This document shows, piece after piece, positions 1-13,300 of a DNA stretch of 64,000 bases (positions are counted from its first letter, which is position 1; every line of letters starts with the position of its first letter). The stretch is from Hormiphora californensis. Its lineage: Eukaryota; Animalia; Ctenophora. The stretch is taken from contig CM035354.1 of NCBI GenBank assembly GCA_020137815.1, positions 2,170,001-2,234,000 on the forward strand, in the 5' to 3' direction. Under the pieces are notes generated by a model. The model was not told the DNA's origin and ran no database searches. It saw only the letters and a list, made by a program, of their open reading frames with translations. A program made the translations under genes and the position numbers.

Positions 1-1091
1 TCTTTTTTTACTATTTTTTTAAAATAGTGGAAGCTCTTACGGTAATTCCCACGCACCGTGGGAACATTTCCCACGCCGCGCCCTGTTTTCCCACGCTTTG
101 CTTTCACCCCGCAAAGAATTATCGCGCGTGACGTCTAAAGTTTTGAGGATGCAGTTGTTAACAATTTGGGTAGCGCCGCGAGCATCAGAGCACAGCAGCA
201 GCAGGTCACTGAGCATTTCGGTACTATCACACTGCACAGTGCACACACATGACACATTGCACCAATGGATTGCATCATTGGCGTTGGAACATCAATGAGG
301 AACAGTTCGGTGGAAGGGAAACCAGGCCAAGAGTGCTGTCATGGCTGTAACCAGCCCCAGCGTCGTCTAATTACAACGATAAAGTATGAAAGTTTTACCC
401 TTCGCCGAAACATTCCTAATTGATATATTGGGTACAAAATGAATATTCTTTAATTAGATGGATTTATAACAAAATGAACGCAAAATTCTAAGAAGACAGA
501 TCACAAACAATTGTTATCTTTCTGGACACTACTTATCGATCACAATATATGTAATATTCTCAAAATGATAAAGAGTTTGGTTTTGTTCAAACCCTAGAAC
601 ATGGTAAAAAGAGTTCGTGATATCCTAATCTAACGATAATTATAGTCCTATAAATCTCAATTTACAGCAGCATCTTGTAGGGAATGCGGACAGTGACACC
701 TCCGTGTCTAACTTTAGTAGACGTGTCCGATGTCCGTACCGTAGTTAGTCGAATTCCGTTATATTATTATGGGATAACGGCTGATTCCAGGCATCGATCT
801 TAGATACACATATCTTGTAGATGGGATAATATTAATCGTCTAGAGAGGGTGTTGTAACCAGCTGTACTCGACAGAATCCTGGGAGGGGGAGGGAATGTTA
901 GTCAAAAGTGCGTCCAGGACCATGCTCCTTTTATAATTTGGTTTATCGACTATTCAAAAAGACAACCGTCTAGCTGAGAAAGAGACACAAATAATCTCTT
1001 CTGAGAAGGGATGATTTCAGCCTTCTCCGCTTCCTTCCTTATCTTAATGTGTCACATGGGGTGGGCCTCTATCAGAATCGATAATTTTGTA

Positions 1092-3280
1092 CCTCTCATC
1101 TGGCCGGGATCCGAAGTGGCGGGGCAACTTTAATGTGGTTTGAATGGGAGCCTCTCTCATTATCTCTAGTGGTCGGTCGTGGGTACAGTTAGTCAGGACC
1201 TACAAGGAGAGCTGTTATTACATTGCCTTGTTCGACGCTAAAAAGGTTTGAACAAAACAATTATTACATATCTAGGTATGTATGATTGTGTAAAAATTCC
1301 CTTTTATTTCCTCTCCTGAATTCTCCTCGACAATGTTCTTAATTCTTATGTTACATTTGATCGCGGCGTGGTGAAGCAGGGTGGAACAAGACAATCAGGT
1401 TCAGTACTCACCAGCTACACTGAGCACTGTATCCTTAGGGATAATCTCAGTCGCCACTGCAGGACTACTCAACACCCTGATACAGCCCTGGAGTGTGTCG
1501 CTACCTCCCTGAATGAAGAATGGTGATGCCAAGAGCCTGCCGAACTATTGTCACCGTCACTATTTGTTCGTAATGTAGAGTTTTACTGATCGTCAAACCT
1601 AGAGGAGGAACAGGGTTTAGAGAGATCTGCATTCGGTATCAGGGGAGTGTGAGCAGGTTGTTATGTTCTGAGTTCTGACCCTCCTAAAAATTTGTAAACA
1701 CACACAACAAGAATCCCATTCAAAAGAAAGACTATGAAACCGGGCACTAAACGCTGCTCCATCTCTCCATCTCTCCATCTCTCCATCTCTCCATCTCTCC
1801 ATCTCTCCATCTCTCCATCTCTCCATCTCTCCATCTCTCCATCTCTCCATCTCTCCATCTCTCCATCTCTCCATCTCTCCATCTCTCCATCTCTCCATCT
1901 CTCCATCTCTCCATCTCTCCATCTCTCCATCTCTCCATCTCTCCATCTCTCCATCTCTCCATCTCTCCATCTCTCCATCTCTCCATCTCTCCATCTCTCC
2001 ATCTCTCCATCTCTCCATCTCTCCATCTCTCCATCTCTCCATCTCTCCATCTCTCCATCTCTCCATCTCTCCATCTCTCCATCTCTCCATCTCTCCATCT
2101 CTCCATCTCTCCATCTCTCCATCTCTCCATCTCTCCATCTCTCCATCTCTCCATCTCTCCATCTCTCCATCTCTCCATCTCTCCATCTCTCCATCTCTCC
2201 ATCTCTCCATCTCTCCATCTCTCCATCTCTCCATCTCTCCATCTCTCCATCTCCATCTCTATCTCTAATAATTCTCCCTCCCTACTCACGGCGGAGTAAC
2301 TTTTCAGCTACTATAGTGTAACTTAGCCTACAGTGCAACAAGGTCGAACAAGGCAAGGCAGGGGGGGGGGTGATTTGATCGATACTGGAACTGGTAAGAG
2401 ATTATAGCAAGTAGCAACGTGTGATCTGAAACTTACTCATGAGTGGTAAGTGCACTGCTATCTCCATCCCCGATATTAAAGAGCATCTCCAGCTCTGCAT
2501 CGGATGGGGGCACTGGACAAGAGTGGCATTCATTACAGTTAGTCGGACCCTATTCTTGCATTGTCGTAGTATGCTGCCTGTTCGAATGATAGGCCACTAA
2601 CGGGAACATCGTTTATTGCAGGGACAACGTCACCCGACCGGAGACGGCCATCTTGGTATATTAGACCTGGGGGAAGAGGTGAGGTCAGTGAAGACTAGAT
2701 CTGGTGAAGAGAGGATCAGGACCTGGTGATGGATATGTAATCAATAAACCTGGGTTTATATGTAGCGGGTCACCTGCGAGGGTGATTCGCTGCACCATAT
2801 ACTGCCCGACCTGCGAAGCAGGGAGGGTGGTACATGGTGTAAAACCCTACCAAAGGGAGGGGTCCATTATTCATACTTTGTATAAGCAAGGATTTGTTGA
2901 TTATAAGTTTCCAGTGGAAAACCCCAACGGGGCACCTACCTATTCTATAATCTAGTGTGTGATCAGGTTACATAGTACCAATGGTACCGTACCATTCGAT
3001 CTAGTCTCTCTGTAGGGCCGTATCTTCACAGTTAGGAATCTTTTCTTGACATTTTTGTAGATTCTCAGTGCTCCTTCGTGAGACATAGGGACGGCAATCG
3101 TGGGTGTCCGGGTGTCTGCGAGGCCAAAAAACCGGAGAAAGAAAAGAAAAATGGAAAAAAAACAAAAAGAATGGTGCTCCAATCCCAATTTACGATTACT
3201 ACAGAGTACAGAAGGGCAATTCTTTACCTTGTGTTACCTGTTAGGAGGTGATCATCAGCAGCTACAGCCTGCAGACCCAT
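1092..3280 (-). pseudogene. Fragments of a multi-PDZ-domain gene (about 6 exon-like pieces, frameshifted)
   Basis: GT-AG bounded pieces translate to PDZ-like segments: MSHEGALRIYKNVKKRFLTVKI; GQYMVQRITLAG/LIYQDGRLRSGDVVPAINDVPVSGLSFEQAA-(frameshift)-ILRQCKNRVRLTV; GGSDTLQGCIRV; VLTNCTHDRPLEIMREAPIQTTLK. Confidence 0.65.
1757..2260. repeat. (CTCCATCT)n octamer satellite, about 60 copies
   Basis: Direct reading; it generates the spurious MERWRDGE and SISPSLHL ORFs. Confidence 0.98.
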
Positions 3281-3675
3281 TTGAATGTCTTTCTTTTATG
3301 TAGGGAAACGACGAATCAAAGAAGCTTTGTAAAAACTGAATCGAAGAAACGATAAATTTGAGAAATCTACGCGCAGTCCAGATGTTTTGTCAGCACTGTA
3401 TATGCTTTCGGCGTGGGAAAAATGCGCGCGGCGTGAGAATTTCCCACGCTCGTGGGAATTACCGTAAGAGCTTCCACTAAAAATTTTAATTGTGATTTTG
3501 ACACGATTTTGAGCCGCGCGTATTCGACTACGCGCGGCACATTATTTGCGCGTGCCATTCCTTACTGAATTTGATGATTTTGAGTTCAAATATATGAGTT
3601 CAAATAACTTGATTTTGTTGAAGGATCAGTCTCGAACCAGCGCTTTTCCTTTGCGTCTTGTCGGGGAACAATTAA

Positions 3676-5947
3676 CCCTTTGACGGCGACAGAGCATATA
3701 TGCTACAGTCTATTCTAGGCGGCCTGGAAGTCCTTATGTTTTATCTAGGTGGCCCATATTTTGTCACGAGCTAGTTTTAGGAATTATGAACCTAAAACCA
3801 CGTCCAGATCAGCTCAGAAAATCAAGAAAAAAATTTTATAGCCCCTCTAAGGAGGCTAATTTCGGCCTTTTTTTAAAAACATTTCTCATTTTTTTGTTTT
3901 TTGGGGGCACAACTAATCCTTTGAAGGAATAAAAGTGCTCGACATAACCGACCGAATGCAAAAAGCCGCATCAAAAAATATTGAAAATTGAATGAGTTAT
4001 TAACATTTAAGGCGCCGTATCATATATGATACTATCGCCCGTAAGGGAATTCTAGTAACAAATCTAAATTGTACAAGTTTGTGGGTGCTATGGCATAAAT
4101 TTATGCTTTCATGTGGTATATAGCTACAAGTTCTACAATCGTGAACGGTTTTTACCAGGAAAAGAACCCAAATTAGAGATTTGTATCATATATGATACTA
4201 TCGTCCTAAGGGTAAATTCTCCTAAAACATACATAATTCGGGCTAGAAAAGGAGCTAACAGACAAATGGGGGCACTAAAATGTGTAGAATCATCGCATTA
4301 GTGGGGGTAGAGCACATATTTAGGTCGCTATCTGGATCCCTAATTGATATAATTGGATAATTAGCTAATTATCTGTCCCGCGTTTGCTAATTATTCGTGA
4401 AACTTTGCTCTGGGAAGGAGTTATGAGACAAATGGGGGCACTAAAATGTGTAGAATCATCAAATTAGTGGGGGTAGAGCACATATTTAGGTCGCTATCTG
4501 GATCCATAATTGAGATAATTTGATAATTAGCTAATTAGTTGCCCTGGAGCGCTAATAAATGAGACTAGGCGGAGTATACAAGGCAAGTGAGGGCACTAAA
4601 ATGTGTAAAATCATCGCCTTAGCGGGGGTAGAGCACATAGCTGAGTTTCTATTCCCACTCCTAATTGAGATAATTGGATAATTATTAATTAGCTAATTGA
4701 CGGTTGCACACCGTCCACTTTTCACCAAATCCCGTGGTTTCTAGGTAATCCTGAGCTCTTTTGCTCAATCTAAGGATCTTCTGACAACCCCTAACCCCAT
4801 TTGTATCACCTTTGACTCGTTTTACACAATAGTATAGCACTCGATACAACCATAGACACTGCCTTCAGCTCTTTAGAACCCTCTTGCTCCATCCTAGACC
4901 TCTCATACATCCAAGATCCAACTACAATCCTATAGAATTTTTATATCCTATTGCTCCTACAACACGTTCAACCTCTAATATACTACAGTTTCCCATATTT
5001 ATTGTTTGGACACACGGTTATAGGGGTTTAGGGATATTAGGGACTGTCAGAAGATCCTTAGATTGAGCAAAAGAGCTCAGGATTACCTAGAAACCACGGG
5101 ATTCGGTGAAAAGTGGACGGTGTGCAACCGTCAATTAGCTAATTATCCAATTATCTCATTTAGGAGTTGGAATAGAAACTCAGCTATGTGCTCTACCTCC
5201 ACTAAGGCGATGATTTTACACATTTTAGTGCCCCTACTTGTCTTGGATACTCCACAAAGTCTCATTTATTAGCGCTCCAGTGCAACTAATTAGCTAATTA
5301 TCCAATTATCTCAAATATGGATCCAGATAGCGACCTAAATATGTGCTCTACCCCCACTAATGTAATGATTCTACACATTTTAGTGCCCCCATTTGTCTCA
5401 TAACTCCTTCCCAGAGCAAAGTTTCATGAATAATTAGCACGTGCGGGACAGATAATTAGCTAATTATCCAATTATCTCAATTAGGGATCCAGATAGCGAC
5501 CTAAATATGTGCTCTACCCCCACTAATGTGATGATTCTACACATTTTAGTGCCCCCATTTGTCTGTTAGCTCCTTTTCTAGCCCGAATTATGTATGTTTT
5601 AGGAGAATTTACCCTTACTCTTAGGACGATAGTATCATATATGATACAAATCTCTAATTTGGGTTCTTCTCCTGGTAAAAACCGTTCACGATTGTAGAAC
5701 TTGTAGCTATATACCACATGAAAGCATAAATTTATGCCATAGCACCCACAAACTTGTACAATTTAGATTTGTTACTAGAATTCCCTTACGGGCGATAGTA
5801 TCATATGTATATGCTACAGTGGGCCCAGCAAAAACTACATGTCGGAATTACAAATTTCCTTTTCGAGGCGTTTTGTGTTGATAATATCTACTTATAAACG
5901 AAAAATTAGACAATTCTATCGAGCCAATCCTTCTCGCCGTCAAAGGG
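3676..5947. mobile_element. Non-autonomous piggyBac-type element with long internal inverted repeats
   Basis: TTAA|CCCTTTGACGGCGA ... TCGCCGTCAAAGGG|TTAA; arms ~4018-4765 and ~5062-5805 are inverted copies with internal subrepeats. Confidence 0.9.
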
Positions 5948-6133
5948 TTAAAAATCATTGGTTTACAAATGGTATTGACTATTGGTATTGGTAAACAAAG
6001 TGTCTAATACATCACGAAAATCATAAAAAACAGACCAGCTGAAACGTAAAACACAAAAAATAGTCAAACAAACAAATCAAAGTCTTCTCTTACAGTCATT
6101 AACAATATGCCCTGATCTCCTAAGGTTGGGTTG

Positions 6134-9100
6134 TTAGAAGGATACAATTGGGGACGGCATCACCAGTTACAGTAGTGGGAATATCACTAAGTCTACAGAA
6201 CTCTTTCAGCATGTGTGCCGGTAGGGTGGTCGAAGAGGGAGCAGAGCTGATGTATTGGGCACACAGGTCTGAAAACTCCAAACTGTAGTCAGCTGGAAAC
6301 TGAGGAAAGGAGAAATATAATTATTATAATATCAGATAGATTGGAGTGGCCAAAAACAAAGTTTATGAGGCGCTTAGCTTGAGTAGTAGGACTAGGAGCC
6401 GGTATTTATCCTACTCCTACTATTCTACCTGTTAACTAAATATTGACTAAGTGGTACAACAATAATATTCAATTTCAACCGTCGCCAGCCGTTTTATAGA
6501 AACCACTGTTATATAAAGGGGTTATAGAAACCAGGTATTTTAACTGCACTCATACACACACACCTGTCTGAAGATGGTTGCCAGACCGGTGTTATAAATA
6601 TGTGGATCCAGGGAGTCCGTTGAGGTCCGTTTTATGGGAACCACCTGGACACAAGAGGACAGGTAGGTCAGCCGTGATAGTTGGCAGTGTAGATGGACAA
6701 ACAGAAGCTGGGGTAGAACGGGTAGTTCCTGAATTGGGATGAATGGGAATTATATTATAAGAGTCAATATAGTTGGGGTTGTCTGTTCAATATTTTGTAA
6801 ATTAGAAGGGTCTGAGAACAGAAATTGGCAGCTCGTACCAGGGGTGAGGCCCGGGGGGGGGGGGGGGGGGGGTGAGAAGCCGGGATTGTTGTACCTTGAA
6901 GGTTGAGTACACCTGTAGATTGGGTTCGGTAAGCCCACAAGAGGCAAGGTATGGTGATATCTCAAACAGTGAATCCCCTGGCCCCAATAATTCTCCTTCC
7001 CCCATCTTCTTTTTCTCTCCCATTTCGAAGACAAGCGCTGAATTTAGGGTGGAGACTGCTGTCACAAGCTGCTTGCTCTCAAACTTGGCCAGGCTGTGCA
7101 GTGTTAGACCAATCAGTTGCCTGGGTGGGAGTATATTGGGAATCAAATTTCTTGGATCTGGGATATAGCGGTACATTGTACAAACCATACATTGTACAAA
7201 ACATACATGCCAACTGTTCACCCCAAACTCGTGTGTATGCGATATATATTGTGGCACGCAAAACAATTCCGTGCACAAAAAGGAGGGTGAGCAATTGGAA
7301 AAAAAGAAATACTTAAAGCTTACCTCAGCACTTGGATTTGTCCAATCCTCAGGATGAAGGGGGTTAACATCGCACTAAGTTTGGTAAACTTAGCAAATAG
7401 TTGCGGGTAGTACTTTTGTGGGTTTTCCACCGGTTTTGAATGAGGGTGTAGTGACTTCATGGAGGCCTGGAGAACTCCGATCAACGTCTGGGAGAAGAGA
7501 GTGTCGATCAATGATCATCACATGATATATCGAATGATATCGAATGATGATATATCGAAAATAACCCATGATACCGCCCATCCACCTATAATTGTGTGGC
7601 TCACACATTAGTACGAACCTTGTCGAGTTGCCGCTGTATCAGCTTAACAGAGTTCTGTATTTCCGTTACCAACATAAAGCAAAACAGTCTATCCAGACCT
7701 TGGAGGCCAAACGGCTCGAGAGCATCCACAACTTTAGAGAAAATGGAGAGGGACAGGACCTCTTCTGAGGTTTTCATATCATACCAAGTCTTCATGGGAT
7801 CAACATAAAGTGTGGAGGTGGGGTTAGTTGAGAGAAGGATCTGGCGGGCCAACCGTCCAATAAATGTCCTGCTCTCATCCACCGGGGAGAAGGTCGGGAT
7901 CGGGATGTTCTGAGACTGGTACAGACTCTTCCAATCATACACCTAAAATAAAATGTTGGTAACTAGAAGGGAACCATCTTGTAACTAATGGTAACCAGCT
8001 GGTAACCAGCTGGTAACTAATGGTAACCATCTTGTAACTAATGGTAACCATCTTGTAACTAATGGTAACCATCTGGTAACTAATAGTAACCAGCTGGTAA
8101 CTAATGGTAACCAGCTGGTAACTAATGGTAACCAGCTGGTAACTAATAGTAACCAGCTGGTAACTAATGGTAACCAGCTGGTAACTAATGGTAACCAGCT
8201 GGTAACTAATGGTAACCAGCTGGTAACTAATGGTAACCATGGAAAATCCTCCAATCATAAACCTTGTGCCGCAGAAAGGCGTTACATTCCTGTTCAACGT
8301 TGTAGTTTATTATTCGCATCACCTCCTCCTGCCACATCTTTAACCCGAATATATTGAGGTAATCCTAAAAGAGGAGAGGGATATAGAGATCAGAGAGGGA
8401 GAAGTAACCATGGTTAATACTATCTAATTAAGGCCAGAGGGGGGGGTCGACGGGTTTTTTGGGGTGTTTTTTGAGGTATACGTTATATGAAAGCGCTGGG
8501 CAAGGCGGATCGATTAGAACAGACGTCATCGATGTTGCGCGCACCGTTTGGCCAAAATTTGGGGGTTAATATTTGGCCTATAATGGATGTTAACCCCTAT
8601 AAATCAGGATTGGTGGGGTCTAGAACATCCATCATTGTACCAAAGGCTTCGTCTTGTCTTGATACAACTTCCTGAAAAGTTTTATGTCGTTACTCCAACT
8701 ACTTCTTGATTTTTTGGGGGTTTACAAAATATGCGGAAAAAGCCCTTTTTGCCTATAATTTTGCTCTTTTTTGGGACATCCTGCCTCACTTCCTGAAATA
8801 ACGGCTAGGACTCAGACCTTGCCGTTTGGCATAGTTGTTCTAGAGACCGTGTTCTTCAAATTTGATGTAGCGATTTTTGATTAAGGCCCCCGTTCAAAAA
8901 TTATAGGGGTTTACATAAAATTTTCATGGACAAAACAAATGTTAACCCCTATAATTTTTGAACGGGGGCCTTAATCAAAAATCGCTACATCAAATTTGAA
9001 GAACACGGTCTCTAGAACAACTATGCCAAACGGCAAGGTCTGAGTCCTAGCCGTTATTTCAGGAAGTGAGGCAGGATGTCCCAAAAAAGAGCAAAATTAT

Positions 9101-10170
9101 AGGCAAAAAGGGCTTTTTCCGCATATTTTGTAAACCCCCAAAAAATCAAGAAGTAGTTGGAGTAACGACATAAAACTTTTCAGGAAGTTGTATCAAGACA
9201 AGACGAAGCCTTTGGTACAATGATGGATGTTCTAGACAACATCGATGACGTCTGTTCTAATCGATCCGCCTTGCCCAGCGCTTTCATATAACGTATACCT
9301 CAAAAAACACCCCAAAAAACCCGTCGACCCCCCCCCCCCCCTCTGGCCTTAACATGGTAACCATGGTAACATGGTGTTACCTGGATGTATTCGAAGGATC
9401 GGCGGAACCCATCCGTCCTTGATGCGAGTTTGGTAAGGTTTCCAGCAAGATCGCCTTTTTCAGAGGTCCTGCTGAATATCAGGGAACTGTGGAATGCCTC
9501 TGCAACCTAAAACAAAATTGTAACCATGGTAACCAATAATCTAATCAATGGTAATCAATGGTAACCATGGTAACTAATGAGTAACCAATGGTTACTAACC
9601 ATCCAATGATTATCATGACAACAACCCGTACCCTGTTAACGAGTTCCTTTCTGATACCATCCTCGAGTAACTTCTTAGGGTCAATCTTGATAACTCCCAC
9701 CAGAGTGGATTTCATCATCAGCATTCCGTCAGTAAACACGGATATTGCGTGGGTTAACTTTGCCACCGTATACCTGACAAACAGAGTGGCGTCATTAGAT
9801 GGGCTAATCTAACACGGACCAAAGTACACGTGGTACTATTGGAAGAATTGGTAAATCCATAAGTGATCAATTGATCACCGTTAACGGTTATATGAGGGAA
9901 GGGGACTCCATATTCGCCATGCTACGCAGTCTGTCGTTCGTGCGATGAATACGGGAACACATATATCAGACATTGGTCATTGACTGTACACCGTATCAAC
10001 TCTTCACTTATCATGTTCTAACCCTCCCTTTACATTTGTAATGGGGCGGGCGAAAGACGGTCTAGCTAGGCAACTCTGTATAATACCTTTCTTGTAGTTG
10101 TGTGTAATCCCTTAACTTGTCCTTATCCAATCGTGTAGGTACCTCCACCATATCATGGGTTAGAACCTGA

Positions 10171-10252
<82 letters not shown>

Positions 10253-10311
10253 GGAGAGAGAGGGAGGGAGAGAGAGAGAGAGAGAGAGGGGGGGGGAGAG
10301 ATAGAGAGCGA

Positions 10312-10344
<33 letters not shown>

Positions 10345-13300
10345 GCATTATGATTCAAGATAATCGTCTTCGTATAACCAGACATACAAGCTGGTTCTGT
10401 ATAATAATAGCGATATATGTCTTTGCTCTATACCATACCTAGCCCTCGGCGTCGTTCCCACTTAACTAGGAACTCTAGAGCATATAGCTCTTGTTAGTTC
10501 GGTACATTTACATTTAGATGATTTAGAATTTAATGGGCAGATGACCGCATTTCATTCAGAAATCTCCTCATTCAGGCAATGGCGATAATCAGCTGGTTAT
10601 TCATTCAGGTAACCGTGGTAACCACAGGAACGGTTGGAATCCTTGGCAACGCATCTTCCCTATGGTACAACTACAGCAGAAAAGGCTTCCCAAGGCAACT
10701 CTACATCGTTTTAAACATCATTGACTTCAGCGTTTGTGTTATCGGGATTATTTCGCAATTTGAAATTGAATTTCATTGGGCAAAAGGCAAAGTTTTGTTG
10801 ATTAATTATTTCGCCCTTGCAAACCAGATATCTGCAATTTGGACCTGTATAATGGGCGGTGCTCGGCTATTAGCCATGTCGCGGCCCTTCCACCACATCA
10901 ATAAACGTCTTTTCTGGACAGTCTCCAGTCTGATCATGTGTGTTGGTCTCTTTCCACAGAGTGCGAACGCCTACCTGCACTATAGGACACACGAACAAGT
11001 TAATGACACTTATTGGATATTTGTCGGCTGTACCATCGGAATTATCATGGTTAACATTGTAATAACAGTATCAACTATTGTCCTACTGAGCCACAAATCA
11101 CCCGCCGTCTCAACAGAAACAGATCAACACAAACGGAATGCTGCCATTACAATAGTCCTTCTCGGAGCCGTGTTCCTCATTACCAATGTCAGCGGGGTGA
11201 TAATGAGTGCAATGTTTATCACTAGTGGTGGTGATGTTTCAGGTGCTGCTAATGGCTGGTTAACCCTTTGGGGACGATAAGCCCCCTGTCGACAGAATTC
11301 TCTAAAACTTTCTGGAGACACTCACTTTGAACCTACTTGAACGCATGAAAAGGAATTTTGGTTCTACCACCTGTATTTCTATTGGGTCACCCCAATAGTG
11401 ACCAAGTCCATTTTCCAAGTCCATTTTAAGTATACTCGTATCAATTTTGAGGTATGGCCATTAAACTACCCATTTTGCCTACCAAATGCACTGTTTTAGC
11501 CCTGTTTTCGGAAGACGACAACTGCAGAGGCTCAAAACGACCTCAAAATGCTAGAAAAATGTATGGTTCAACCCTAGAAACGATTTAAAACTTTCAAATA
11601 TGGTCTAGAAAGACGCTATATGGGTTCAAAGTTGTGGGTCACCTGTGACCCAATCGTCTCCAAAGGGTTAAAAGTCTGGCTGCTCCTAATGGCACTCAAT
11701 GCTGCCCTGAATCCAGTGGTTATTCTAAGAAGGAAGCTTATGGGACTGTGTAGCAGGGATCAACCAAATCGTACTGATATTGGGATGAACAGGATTAATA
11801 CCAAAGAGACAAACTGAGTCGTTAGTGACTTGGTACCCTTATAGTGACTAAATAGTCGAGAGAGTGAATCCAATATCCATATACTGACTTCAAGGTGACC
11901 CATGGTAAAGTGTGGAACAAGTTCACAAATTTACTTTACTTATCTGTATCGCTGTGCTGTTTGGTAACTGTAGAAACAAAAATTGATATAACTAATCAGC
12001 AGTTAGCTTTTAATGGCCTCTGATTCGCCTGTAATTAGCCTATAATCACATAAAGTGACCTGCCATTAGCCGGTTTACCTGGTTGCTATGGTTACCGTGT
12101 TGCTATGGTTACCTAGTTACTATGGTTACCTGGTTGCTATGGTTACCTGGTTGCTATGGTTACCTGTTTACTATGGTTACCTGGCTGATATGGTTACTAT
12201 GGTTACTATGGTTACCTGGTTGCTATGGTTACCTGGTTGCTATGGTTACATGGTTGATATGGTTACCTGGTTGCTATGGTTACCTGGTTGCTATGGTTAC
12301 CTGGTTTCTATGGTTACCTGGTTGCTATGGTTACCTGGTTTCTATGGTTACCTGGTTGCTATGGTTACCTGGTTGCTATGGTTACCACTTACCTGGTTGC
12401 TATGGTTACCTAGTTGCTATGGTTACCTGGTTGCTATGGTTACCTAGTTGCTATGGTTACCTGGTTGCTATGGTTACCTGGTTGCTATGGTTACCTGGTT
12501 TCTATGGTTACCTGGTTGCTATGGTTACCTGGTTGCTATGGTTACCTGGTTTCTATGGTTACCTGGACGATTTTCTCGAGCAGAGAGAACATTGACTGAG
12601 GTATGATCTGAAGGACTTTCCTCACGTAACTGACCAACTCTCTGCTGTAACACTCACTGACCTGGTGAGGTATATACGTGATATAGAGAAACGAGGGATA
12701 TATATCGGTATCTTTATATCGTTTGTATTCAGTCCATTTGATAAATCGGTAAAAATATATTGTAGTTACTCACAGATCTGAAATCCTCGATCCCTGCTTC
12801 GCCAATCCGCACGAGGGGCTGGTCTAGAGCAGAGGCGAGTTTTAGGAACGTAGCTCGGAGTTTTCTCACTAGACTCGGATCTTTCTTTATCAAATCCTGC
12901 ATAAACCTGCAGATAGAATTGTTTGGTAACCATGGTAATACATAGCTAACCATGGTGATTACTATAGCGATCAAAGAAACTCACCCGGTATAGTTATCAA
13001 TTATATTCCAAGCGTAGGAGAGATCCCCAATTATTTGTAGCTGTATTAGTACCTCTTCCTTCACATTGACTGTCCGTATCATCTGGTGCAGATACTCCCT
13101 GACGGATTTGCCAGTTATTCTCCAGCGGATGGAACTACAATCCCCACTGTCCCACCACCACCCCACCCAACCTCCGTCCACCCCACCCCGCCCCCACCCC
13201 ACCACCCCACCCCACACAAACCTGGTATCAACAAGGAACTGCCGGATTTGCCAGTTATTCTCCAACTGATGGAACTCCTGGACCTCCTCTATAGCCTGCA

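Larger units (their letters stand above)
25..3479. mobile_element. 3.45-kb segment bounded by ~70-bp imperfect terminal inverted repeats; carries host gene fragments and no transposase
   Basis: TAGTGGAAGCTCTTACGGTAATTCCCACG at 25-53 is the exact reverse complement of 3451-3479; similarity continues for about 40 more bp. The TA at each end could be the TSD. Superfamily is unassigned. Confidence 0.65.

Noticed and set aside
1617-2321. Long repetitive ORFs (MERWRDGE, SISPSLHL); likewise 7935-8297, 12083-12599, 39975-40754 and 58139-59977
   Set aside because: These are translations of stop-free satellites and microsatellites lying in introns or intergenic DNA.
4113-5717. Pairs of near-identical short ORFs (also 20442/21073 and 33094/34155)
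   Set aside because: By-products of inverted or tandem repeats in non-autonomous elements; no coding motifs.
10014-10075. Dispersed motif ATGTTCTAACCCTCCC..CTAGGCAACT also seen at ~25460-25531 and ~55700-55755 (reverse)
   Set aside because: Probably the end of a common repeat family, but I could not define the other end or a TSD.
11259-11674. Splicing-out of the piggyBac MITE from the GPCR
   Set aside because: The GT at 11259 paired with the AG ending at 11665 or 11674 gives out-of-frame products.
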